From: Abditibacteriota bacterium
GTDB lineage: Bacteria; Armatimonadota; UBA5829
Assembly: GCA_017552965.1 (NCBI GenBank)
Contig: JAFZNQ010000076.1
Coordinates: 22,035-86,034 of the forward strand
Direction of reading: 5' to 3'
DNA length: 64,000 bases
Made by a program: the position numbers and the translations under genes. Each line of letters opens with the position of its first letter. Within the stretch, counting starts at the first letter, position 1. The notes under the pieces were generated by a model. It ran no database searches. It saw only the letters and a program-made list of their open reading frames with translations, and was not told the DNA's origin. Below, piece after piece: positions 43,278 through 51,440 of the stretch.

Positions 43278-45383
43278 TTACTTGTTGAATCCTTCTATCC
43301 TTTCTAAGTTAAAATAGCTCTGCGGAGACTCGGGGTTTCTCCTGTCGGTGGTCACTATGCGCACCCGGTGCATCCCCTTGGAGCCGGCGTCAAAAACGCT
43401 TGTCGCCCTCTCTCCCCGGGCGTCCTTCTTGTAGAGGTCTATCTCTCCCTTCTTCTCACCGTCTATATACACGTCCATGATGCCGCAGTCGTTGAACAGA
43501 TAATAGCTCACCCTCACGGTGTCCCCCCATAAGGTACGCTCCGCCGTGGGACCGGCAAAGTACACGGTCATCCAGTTGTCCCTCTTTATCCAGCCGCCCT
43601 TGTACACGGCGCCCAGATAGGATATGGTGGGGTCTGTGATATACATGTAATATATCTCCCCTTCCCTGACGTCGTAAAAGGGCTTGAAGATGAGCTCGGG
43701 ATAATTTTTGTGGCGCCAGGTCATGCCCTCGCCCCGGACCAGCTGCTTGCCCGGGGAGGCGGCGTCCAGCTTCCTGAAGGGGTTTTGGTCCACGCCGTCG
43801 GCCATGCACACGAGAGCCACGGGGCCGTACATGAGCACCCAGGGATTGTCCTCCCTGTCCAGCAGATGACAGGCCCAAAGAGACATGGGGAATGCTATCT
43901 CCACCCGGTCTCCGGGGTCCCACCTGCGCAGGAGGAGGCCCCAGCCCCTGACCTTGGAATAGACCGTATCCCGGCCGTTGATCCTGACCATGGGGCTGTC
44001 GTTCCAGGAAGGGATGCGGAACTTCAGGGAAAAGACGGCGCTCTTCTCGGGCGTGACGACCAGAGTGGTCTTCTCTTCGTTGGGAAAGTCGGTGAGCTGC
44101 TCCAGATGCACCTTGCCCGTCGTCAGCTCAAAGGCGGCCTCAGAAGCAAAATACTGACTGACGCAGATGGATCTGTCGTCGTAATAATAGAGCTGGTCGC
44201 AGTAATCGGGTATGGCTTCCGCCCGGGTCCCGGAGCAGCAGGGCCAGCCCACCTGGGGCTTGTTGATCTTTTCCGCTCCCTCGGCGGCGTAGTCGGAGTA
44301 ATAAAAGGTGACGCCGTTTTCCTTCATGGGCAGGGAAGCGCCTATGCCGTTCACCAGCAGCTTTTCCGTCCAGTCGCCGTAGCGTCCTTCTCCGGTGAGA
44401 CCCGTCAGATACTTGACTATCTTGAAGCCCGCCCAGCTGCCGCACTGGGTCTCAAAGGTATTGTGCAGGGTCTTGGAAGCCTTGATGAGCTCCTCCTCCG
44501 GCATAAGGGATTCGCTGGCGCCGAAGCCCCCGGTGGCATAGCACTGGGTGTCCGTTACGAAATCATAGGCGGCCTTCAGGGTGTCCAGATACCAGCCGTT
44601 GCCCGTGGCGGCGTAGGCCGTCCCCAGGGAGGCGAAGGTGTTCACGTGGCTGTAGCCGTGGTGCCACCCGGGCCGCTTGAACATTTCCTCTGTGTCCCCG
44701 TCGTGGACCTCGGTCCAGTATTTGATGTATTCCCACACTTTGGCAAAATCCCTGTAGCGCTCATCGCCCGTATAGAGCCAGACCCGGTACAGGTTTTCCG
44801 ACAAGGTGTACCATTCCCCTGTGTTGATGCCTGTGACGTCGCAGTATTCCCGGGTGCGGGGCAGGTTTTTCTCCGCCCAGTCCGTGATCCTGTCCATATA
44901 CACCTTGGCTTCCTTTTCGCCGCAGTAGTGGTATATGTCCGCCAGACCGCCCATGAGCTTCTCATACTGATAGGCTCCCAGAAGACCTCCCTTCGAGGGC
45001 AGGAAAAAGCCGTCTTCCTCGATGGTCTTGCCCCACTCCCGCATGAGGTAAAGGGCCTTGTCCTTGTACCTCTCGTCCCCGGAAGCGGCGTAGGCTCTGG
45101 CGTAGCCCGCCAAAAACTGGCCAAAAGGACCGTGTCCCACGTAAACTCCGCCCATATTCTCCCCGGGAGCGGGCTGCCCCGCCCTCTCCCTGTAGGGCTT
45201 CAGAAGGGAGTCGTCGTTGAGGTTCAGGTAGAATCGGCTGTTCTCCGCGAACTGGCGCCCCAGCTCGCCCTTCAGGACCACTCCTTTGTAATCCATGGGC
45301 TTCAGGGCGTAGCGGTCAAACTCGCCGCACAGGGCCGCCGCGCACAAAAAGAGCAGGCACAAACACGTAAATACTTTCAGCAT
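43278..45383 (-). CDS. GH127-like (DUF1680) protein, paralogue 2, secreted
   Basis: The ATG at 45383 follows GGAGG and gives signal peptide MLKVFTCLCLLFLCAAALCG. Same FETQCGSWAGFK / WPCCSGTRAEA motifs. By eye it is roughly two-thirds identical to paralogue 3. Confidence 0.65.
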   Translation of the reverse strand: MLKVFTCLCLLFLCAAALCGEFDRYALKPMDYKGVVLKGELGRQFAENSRFYLNLNDDSLLKPYRERAGQPAPGENMGGVYVGHGPFGQFLAGYARAYAASGDERYKDKALYLMREWGKTIEEDGFFLPSKGGLLGAYQYEKLMGGLADIYHYCGEKEAKVYMDRITDWAEKNLPRTREYCDVTGINTGEWYTLSENLYRVWLYTGDERYRDFAKVWEYIKYWTEVHDGDTEEMFKRPGWHHGYSHVNTFASLGTAYAATGNGWYLDTLKAAYDFVTDTQCYATGGFGASESLMPEEELIKASKTLHNTFETQCGSWAGFKIVKYLTGLTGEGRYGDWTEKLLVNGIGASLPMKENGVTFYYSDYAAEGAEKINKPQVGWPCCSGTRAEAIPDYCDQLYYYDDRSICVSQYFASEAAFELTTGKVHLEQLTDFPNEEKTTLVVTPEKSAVFSLKFRIPSWNDSPMVRINGRDTVYSKVRGWGLLLRRWDPGDRVEIAFPMSLWACHLLDREDNPWVLMYGPVALVCMADGVDQNPFRKLDAASPGKQLVRGEGMTWRHKNYPELIFKPFYDVREGEIYYMYITDPTISYLGAVYKGGWIKRDNWMTVYFAGPTAERTLWGDTVRVSYYLFNDCGIMDVYIDGEKKGEIDLYKKDARGERATSVFDAGSKGMHRVRIVTTDRRNPESPQSYFNLERIEGFNK

Positions 45384-45418
45384 ATATCCTCCGATCGAGC
45401 CGGCCGACAAGGCCCTGC

Positions 45419-47524
45419 TCAATTGTATATATCGTCTATCCTTTCTATATTGAAAATGCCGTCCTTCGACTCGGGGTTCCGCCGGTCGGTGGTCACCACG
45501 CGGACCGTGTGGCTGCCCTTGGCGGGAGCAAAGAACTCAAAGAAGGCCTTTTCGCCCCTGACGGGTCTGTAAAGGTCCATCTCACCGGCCTTTTCTCCGT
45601 CTATATACACGTCCATGACGCCGCAGTCGTCGTAGCACATGGCGCTGATACGGACGCCCCTGCCCCAGAACTTCTTTTCCGCAAAGATGCCCACGGTGCC
45701 TGTGACCATCACGCCGTTTCGCTTGTCCCAGCCGCCCTTATACACGGCGCCCAGATAGTGCTCGGCGGGATCGGCTATATACATAAAATAGGCTTCTCCG
45801 TCTCCCAGAGCGTAAAAGGGCCTGAATTCTATGTCCGGCAGGTCCTTGTGGCGCCAGACCATGCCTTCTCCCCGGACCAGCTGCCGGTCTATGGTCTCCG
45901 GGTCCAGCAGCCGGAAGGGGTTCTCCATGGCTCCCTTCTTCATGCACACCAGCACCACGGGGCCGTAGGTCAGCGCCCAGGGGTTGTCCCTTTCGCCGAA
46001 GAGATGGCAGGCTCTCAGGGTCATGGGCAGCTGCAATACCACCCGGTCCCCGGGGCGCCATTTCCGGAGCACCCTGCCCCAGCCTCTCTTCTTTTCAAAG
46101 GGGGTATCCTTGCCGTTGACCGCCACCGACACTCCCTGTTCCGCCCAGGCGGGGATGCGGAAGCACAATCCGAAGACGGCGGGCTTGTCGGGGTCCACGG
46201 TGATCAGAGTCTTTTCTTCCTCGGGGAAACGGGTGGTCTGGTCCAGCCGGACCCGGACGCCTCGCAGCTCCGTCTCCACTCCGGAAGCAAAGAACTGGCT
46301 GACGTAAATATTGGCGTCGTCATGATAATACAGCTGATCGTGATAGTCGGGGATGGCCTCCGCCCGGGTCCCCGAGCAGCAGGGCCAGCCCAGATCCGGC
46401 TTCAGGATCTTTTCCGCTCCCTCCGCCGCGTAGTCGGAATAATAAAAGGTGACGCCGTAGCCGCTGGTGGGCAGGGAAGCCCCCACTCCGTTGATCAGCA
46501 GCTTTTCCGTCCAGTCGCCGTAGCGGCCCTCGCCTGTAAAGCCGGTCAGATACTTGACTATCTTGAAGCCGGCCCAGCTGCCGCACTGGGTCTCAAAGGT
46601 GTTGTGATTGGTCTTGGCCGTCATTATCACGCCCTGCCGGGGCAGCAGCACCTCCGCGGCTCCGTAGCCGCCGGTGGCAAAGCACTGTTCGTTCTGCACG
46701 AAGTCATAGGCGGTCTTCAGGGTGTTGAGATACTTGTCGCCCCGTCCCGCGGCGTAGGCCGCTCCCAGAGAGGCAAAGGTGTTCACGTGGCTGTAGCCGT
46801 GGTGCCACCCGGGATGGGAGTATATGGCGTTCCAGTCGCCGGAGGCCACCTCGTCCCAGTATTCGTTGTATTCCCACACCTGGGCAAAGCGCCTGTATCT
46901 GTCGTCTCCCGTATAGAGCCAGGCCCTGTAGAGGTTTTCCGACAGAGTGTACCACTCGCCTGTCATGGCCCCGGTGACGTCGCAGTAGGTCTTGTCCCGG
47001 GGTATGTTTTTCTCAGCCCAGTCCGTGATCCGGTCCATATACCCCTTGGCTTCCTTTGCGCCGCAGTAGTGATACACGTCCACCAGGCCGCCCATGAGCT
47101 TTTCGTATTGGTAGGCCACCAAAAAGCCGTCCTTCAGGGGGAAGCCGTAGCCCGCGTCGTCTATGGTCTTGCCCCACTCGTTCATGAGATGCAGGGCCTT
47201 CTCTCTGTATTTTTCGTCTCCCGTGGCGGCGTAGGCTCTGGCATAGCCGGACAAAAACTGTCCGAAGGGGCCGTGGCCTGCATACACGCCTCCCATGGAG
47301 CCCCCGGGAGCGGGCAGTCCTGCCCTCACCCGGAAGGGATACAGCAGATAGTCGTCGGACAGACCGTAGTAAAACGCTTCGTTTTCTTCGAACTGGCGCT
47401 GCAGCTCTCCCTTCAGATACACCCCCTTGTAATCCATGGGCTTCAGGACGTATCTGTCCGGCTCGCCCCACAGGGCAGGGCTCCACAGGGAGACGAGGAA
47501 CAGCAAGAGAAACAACCTTTTCAT
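45419..47524 (-). CDS. GH127-like (DUF1680) protein, paralogue 3, secreted
   Basis: Signal peptide MKRLFLLLFLVSLWSPALWG. Same motifs and domain order as paralogue 2. Confidence 0.65.
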   Translation of the reverse strand: MKRLFLLLFLVSLWSPALWGEPDRYVLKPMDYKGVYLKGELQRQFEENEAFYYGLSDDYLLYPFRVRAGLPAPGGSMGGVYAGHGPFGQFLSGYARAYAATGDEKYREKALHLMNEWGKTIDDAGYGFPLKDGFLVAYQYEKLMGGLVDVYHYCGAKEAKGYMDRITDWAEKNIPRDKTYCDVTGAMTGEWYTLSENLYRAWLYTGDDRYRRFAQVWEYNEYWDEVASGDWNAIYSHPGWHHGYSHVNTFASLGAAYAAGRGDKYLNTLKTAYDFVQNEQCFATGGYGAAEVLLPRQGVIMTAKTNHNTFETQCGSWAGFKIVKYLTGFTGEGRYGDWTEKLLINGVGASLPTSGYGVTFYYSDYAAEGAEKILKPDLGWPCCSGTRAEAIPDYHDQLYYHDDANIYVSQFFASGVETELRGVRVRLDQTTRFPEEEKTLITVDPDKPAVFGLCFRIPAWAEQGVSVAVNGKDTPFEKKRGWGRVLRKWRPGDRVVLQLPMTLRACHLFGERDNPWALTYGPVVLVCMKKGAMENPFRLLDPETIDRQLVRGEGMVWRHKDLPDIEFRPFYALGDGEAYFMYIADPAEHYLGAVYKGGWDKRNGVMVTGTVGIFAEKKFWGRGVRISAMCYDDCGVMDVYIDGEKAGEMDLYRPVRGEKAFFEFFAPAKGSHTVRVVTTDRRNPESKDGIFNIERIDDIYN

Positions 47525-47534
47525 AATTCACCGT

Positions 47535-47574
47535 AAAAAGGGCAGCGGGATCCGGTCTGGGGATCCTGCTGCCC
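47535..47574 (-). terminator. rho-independent terminator after the isomerase gene
   Basis: 14-bp stem GGGCAGCGGGATCC / GGATCCTGCTGCCC (one G-U pair) with a 7-nt loop. On the minus strand it is followed by U5 (A5 at 47535-47539). Confidence 0.7.
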
Positions 47575-47581
47575 GGACATC

Positions 47582-48352
47582 TCAGTCGCAGAAATTCGCG
47601 GCTATAAAGTCATAGCTTTGCTTCAGGGACTCAAAGGGGTCGCCGTCGCAGACGTCCTGCTCGACGATAAACCACTCGGTGCCTCCCTTTTCGGCAGAGG
47701 GGATGATGTCGGCCCAGTCCAGATTGCCGTTGCCTATCTCGGCGAATTTGACGGCGTTCTCCTCATTGACCTTATAATCCTTCAGGTGCAGCAGTGGCAT
47801 CCGGCCCGCCAGCTTTTTCATCCATTTGGAAGGCTCCTGTCCGCCAAACTGGGCCCAGTAGGTGTCCAGCTCCATCTTCAGATATTCGGCGGGAACTGTG
47901 TCCAGGAGAGTGTCCAGTATGAGCTTGCCGCCGACCTTTTTGAACTCTATGTGGTGGTTGTGATACGAGAATACAATGCCGTTCTCGCTGAGTATCCGCC
48001 CGCATTCCGCCAGGGAGTCAGCCAGCTTTTTCACGTCGTCCGCCGTGTTCAGGGGATAGGGCCCGGGATGGGGAAAGGCCGTGTGGACGCAGGAGAGCTT
48101 CTTCAGACGCTCCACCACCTTCATGGGCTCCTCAAAGAGCATCTTGGGGCTCTCGTGGGTGGCTATGCACCGCAGGCCGTGGTCATCCAGCAGCTTCTTG
48201 CACACCTTTTCGTCAATGGGGCCCATGCCGCTTATCTGCACGGTCTCGTAGCCCAGGCTCCGCACTTTGGCAAAGCTCTCCGCTACGCCCTTTTCGTCCT
48301 TGATGAAGTCGCGCACGGTATACAGCTGCGCGGCGATCTGATATTTTTTCAT
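47582..48352 (-). CDS. sugar phosphate isomerase/epimerase (xylose-isomerase-like TIM barrel)
   Basis: 256 aa. Its pattern resembles the AP_endonuc_2/xylose-isomerase-like family (LGYETVQISG, HNH, LHLKD, EQD near the C-terminus). Confidence 0.75.
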   Translation of the reverse strand: MKKYQIAAQLYTVRDFIKDEKGVAESFAKVRSLGYETVQISGMGPIDEKVCKKLLDDHGLRCIATHESPKMLFEEPMKVVERLKKLSCVHTAFPHPGPYPLNTADDVKKLADSLAECGRILSENGIVFSYHNHHIEFKKVGGKLILDTLLDTVPAEYLKMELDTYWAQFGGQEPSKWMKKLAGRMPLLHLKDYKVNEENAVKFAEIGNGNLDWADIIPSAEKGGTEWFIVEQDVCDGDPFESLKQSYDFIAANFCD

Positions 48353-48368
48353 ATATCTCTCCTCGAGT

Positions 48369-48854
48369 TTATTTACCTAAGTCCAACACCACCGCTTCCT
48401 CGCCGCAGTCGGGAAACTTCGGACAGTTGATACACTCGGACCAGATCTTCTGGGGCAGAGTGTTTTTCTCCACCCGGCGAAAGCCCAGGGCTTCAAAAAA
48501 AGGCACCTTGTAGGTCAGGGCAAACACCCTGTCAATGTCCAGGCTCCTGCAATCCTCCACACAGGCGGTGACCAGAGCGGAGCCCAGCCCCATGCCCTGA
48601 CACTCGTCCCTGACTGCCAGAGACTTGATCTCGGCCAGATCGGCCCAGCACACGTGGACTGCGCAGCAGCCCAGCACGCGGCCGGCGGAGTCCTCCGCCA
48701 CGTAAAAATCTCTGATGTTCTCATACAGCACCGACAGGGATTTGGGCAGCATCTGATCCCTGGCCGCAAAATCGTTGACCAGCTCCTGTATCTCCGTCAC
48801 GTCCCCCAGCCGCGCCTTGCGGATGGCGGCCTTGTCTGCTATGTCAATACGCAA
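48369..48854 (-). CDS. GNAT-family N-acetyltransferase (ArgA-like short form)
   Basis: Acetyl-CoA motif QGMGLGSAL. C-terminal Cys cluster CINCPKFPDC. Overlaps the ispG stop by 11 nt. Confidence 0.8.
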   Translation of the reverse strand: MRIDIADKAAIRKARLGDVTEIQELVNDFAARDQMLPKSLSVLYENIRDFYVAEDSAGRVLGCCAVHVCWADLAEIKSLAVRDECQGMGLGSALVTACVEDCRSLDIDRVFALTYKVPFFEALGFRRVEKNTLPQKIWSECINCPKFPDCGEEAVVLDLGK

Positions 48855-49896
48855 TTTTTCGCAGCTCCTTTACAAACTCGTCAAATACTTTGTCCTCTGC
48901 CACGGTCCTCAGCAGCTCGCCCCGGGCAAACAGGGCGCATTTGCCGTCGCCGCCGGCTATGCCCAGATCGGCTTCTCTTGCCTCCCCGGGACCGTTTACC
49001 ACGCAGCCCATGACAGCCACGGTCACAGGCCTTGCGGGCCTCTCTCTGTCCAGATAGTCCGCCACCTTTTGGGCCAGCTCCTCCAGAGCTATACGGGTCC
49101 TGCCGCAGGTGGGACAGGATATCAGGGTATAGCCGCTGTCCCTGAGACCCAGGGACCGGAGTATCTCTATGCCGGCGGTCACCTCGTTCTCGGGCCGCGA
49201 GGTCAGGGACACCCTGATGGTATCCCCTATCCCGTCCATGAGCAGGGAGCCTATGCCTATGGCCGAGCGGATGATGCCCGTGCGGGGCAGCCCCGCCTCC
49301 GTGACCCCCGTATGCAGGGGATAGTCGCATATTTCCGCAGCCAGCCTGTAGGCCTCCGCGGTCAGCAGCACGGAGGAAGCCTTGAAGCTGAGCACCGTGT
49401 CAAAAAAGCCCAGGCCCTCCAGTATGCGCACCTGCTCCATGCCGGACTCCACCAGCGCCCGGGCCGTGAGCTCGGGATATTTTTTCCGGTCCACCGAGCC
49501 CGCGTTGACGCCTATGCGGATGGGGATACCCCTCTCGGCAGCGGCCCGCACCACCGCTTCGGTGCGGCTCCTATCCCCTATGTTGCCGGGATTGATCCTG
49601 AGCTTGTCCACTCCCTGCTTTACGCATTCCACAGCCAGGCGCCAGTCAAAGTGTACGTCTGCCACCAGGGGGATGCCCGTCTGCCTTTTGATCTCGCCTA
49701 TAGCGGCGGCGGCCTCCATATCCGGGACCGCGCACCTGACTATATCACACCCGGCAGCCTCCAGACCGGCTATCTGCGCCACGGTAGCGTCTATGTCCGT
49801 GGTCCGGGTATTGGTCATGGACTGGACGGAGACGGGAGCCCCGCCCCCTATCTGCACCCGGCCCGCCATGACGGCGCGGGTATTTTTTCTTGTCAT
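48844..49896 (-). CDS. ispG: 4-hydroxy-3-methylbut-2-en-1-yl diphosphate synthase
   Basis: APVSVQSMTNT, CPTCGR and GCVVNGPGE Fe-S ligand motifs. Confidence 0.95.
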   Translation of the reverse strand: MTRKNTRAVMAGRVQIGGGAPVSVQSMTNTRTTDIDATVAQIAGLEAAGCDIVRCAVPDMEAAAAIGEIKRQTGIPLVADVHFDWRLAVECVKQGVDKLRINPGNIGDRSRTEAVVRAAAERGIPIRIGVNAGSVDRKKYPELTARALVESGMEQVRILEGLGFFDTVLSFKASSVLLTAEAYRLAAEICDYPLHTGVTEAGLPRTGIIRSAIGIGSLLMDGIGDTIRVSLTSRPENEVTAGIEILRSLGLRDSGYTLISCPTCGRTRIALEELAQKVADYLDRERPARPVTVAVMGCVVNGPGEAREADLGIAGGDGKCALFARGELLRTVAEDKVFDEFVKELRKIAY

Positions 49897-51428
49897 TTTG
49901 GCATAGTCCCCGTTATAAGCTTTGTGATGTCCATGCCGATGACCAGCAGGAACAACACTATCATCACCCCAAGGCCGGCCACCTGTATCCTGATCAGCTG
50001 GTCCTTGGTAAACCGCTTCCTTCTGATGAGCTCCGTCAATATCACTGCCAGATGGCCTCCGTCAAGAGGCGGTATGGGCAGCAGATTGAATATGGCCAGC
50101 GACAGAGACAGGCCTCCCAGCAGTATGATCAGGGAAAAGCTGCCCGTGTTGACGGCGCTGTTGGTCATGGACACTATGGCGATGGGGCCTCCCAGATTGT
50201 CCTTGACGGCCCGGGAAAACAGCATCTTGTAGGTCTCCGTCAGCATGCTCCACACGGACTCCAGCCCGGTCTGCATGCTCTTGGCCAGCCCGGTCTTTTT
50301 GAGATAATAGCCCGGGATGAACCCCAGGACCGGCGTGGCCATGCCCATTTTCGGGGTATAGCTGACCGTGTCGGGGACGTCGTGATACACCTCGTTTTCC
50401 TCGCCGTCCCTGTAGTAGTCTATGGTGTGGTCCCCGCTCTCCGCCGCCCGCTTCACGGCTTTTTCCAGGTCCCGGGAGGAGCCTATCTTCACCGAGCACA
50501 GGCTCAGGAGCACGTTGCCGCTGTCATACCATTTGCCGGAGGTGGGCTCGGCGCTCAGGAACATGCAGGAGGGAAATATGATCTCCTTGCCGCAAAAGAG
50601 GCCGCAGGTGTGCTCCGCCTCAAAGAACACTGTCCTTGTCTTCTCTCCCTCCTTCAGCACCAGTGTGACCCGGTCCCCCGGGGAGGGGGCGGCGGCCCAG
50701 AAGTCTGCGGTGGAAGAGTAAGCCTTGCCGTTCATGGAGACCAGCTCGCTGCCGGGCTTCGCCTTTTGCTGCCAGAGAGGCGTATCCTTCAGGACCCCGG
50801 TGAGCCGGACGCTGCCGTCCTCCTGCTCCCAGCTGCCTCCCAGATAGTATCTCAGATTGAGATCCGGCTTGCCCGTCTTCACCAGCTGCTCGCCTTTTCT
50901 GTCCACCAGCAAAGTGACCTCGTCCCGGCTCCTGCGGATCTCTTCCACCAGCTCGCCGGGCCGGGACAGCTTTTTGCCGTTGATCTCCAGCACCCGGTCC
51001 CCGGCCCGGAGGTCCATTTTGGCCGCCGGGGTATTGGGCAGGGTCATCTGCACGCTGTTGTCCGAGCCGTCGGGCAGTCCCCACACGTAGCCCAACAGCA
51101 TGAATATCAGCACTGCAAACAAAAAGCTGAAGAGAGGCCCCGCAAAGATGACGGCGGCTCTCGCGTAGGCAGGCTTGGACTGAAAGCCCCCTTCCACGTC
51201 CATCTCCTCCGGGTCTTCGCCGCTCATGCGCACGAAGCCGCCCAGAGGGATACAGCGGACGTTGAAGTCGGTGCCGTTCTTTTTCAGATAGGTGAACAGC
51301 CTGGGACCGAAGCCCACGGAAAACTCGTGGACGTCTATGTCAAACAAGCGCGCCAGCAAAAAATGGCCGTATTCGTGGGCCACCACCAGCAGGCAGATGA
51401 TTACTATAAAAGCGATTACCGTGATCAA
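49893..51428 (-). CDS. rseP: RIP metalloprotease RseP (site-2 protease, M50) with PDZ domains
   Basis: HEYGHFLLAR (HExxH) in TM1 and the NLLPIPPLDGGH motif. The central region is PDZ-like. TTG start at 51428. Confidence 0.9.
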   Translation of the reverse strand: MITVIAFIVIICLLVVAHEYGHFLLARLFDIDVHEFSVGFGPRLFTYLKKNGTDFNVRCIPLGGFVRMSGEDPEEMDVEGGFQSKPAYARAAVIFAGPLFSFLFAVLIFMLLGYVWGLPDGSDNSVQMTLPNTPAAKMDLRAGDRVLEINGKKLSRPGELVEEIRRSRDEVTLLVDRKGEQLVKTGKPDLNLRYYLGGSWEQEDGSVRLTGVLKDTPLWQQKAKPGSELVSMNGKAYSSTADFWAAAPSPGDRVTLVLKEGEKTRTVFFEAEHTCGLFCGKEIIFPSCMFLSAEPTSGKWYDSGNVLLSLCSVKIGSSRDLEKAVKRAAESGDHTIDYYRDGEENEVYHDVPDTVSYTPKMGMATPVLGFIPGYYLKKTGLAKSMQTGLESVWSMLTETYKMLFSRAVKDNLGGPIAIVSMTNSAVNTGSFSLIILLGGLSLSLAIFNLLPIPPLDGGHLAVILTELIRRKRFTKDQLIRIQVAGLGVMIVLFLLVIGMDITKLITGTMPK

Positions 51429-51440
51429 GCTCTGCTACCC

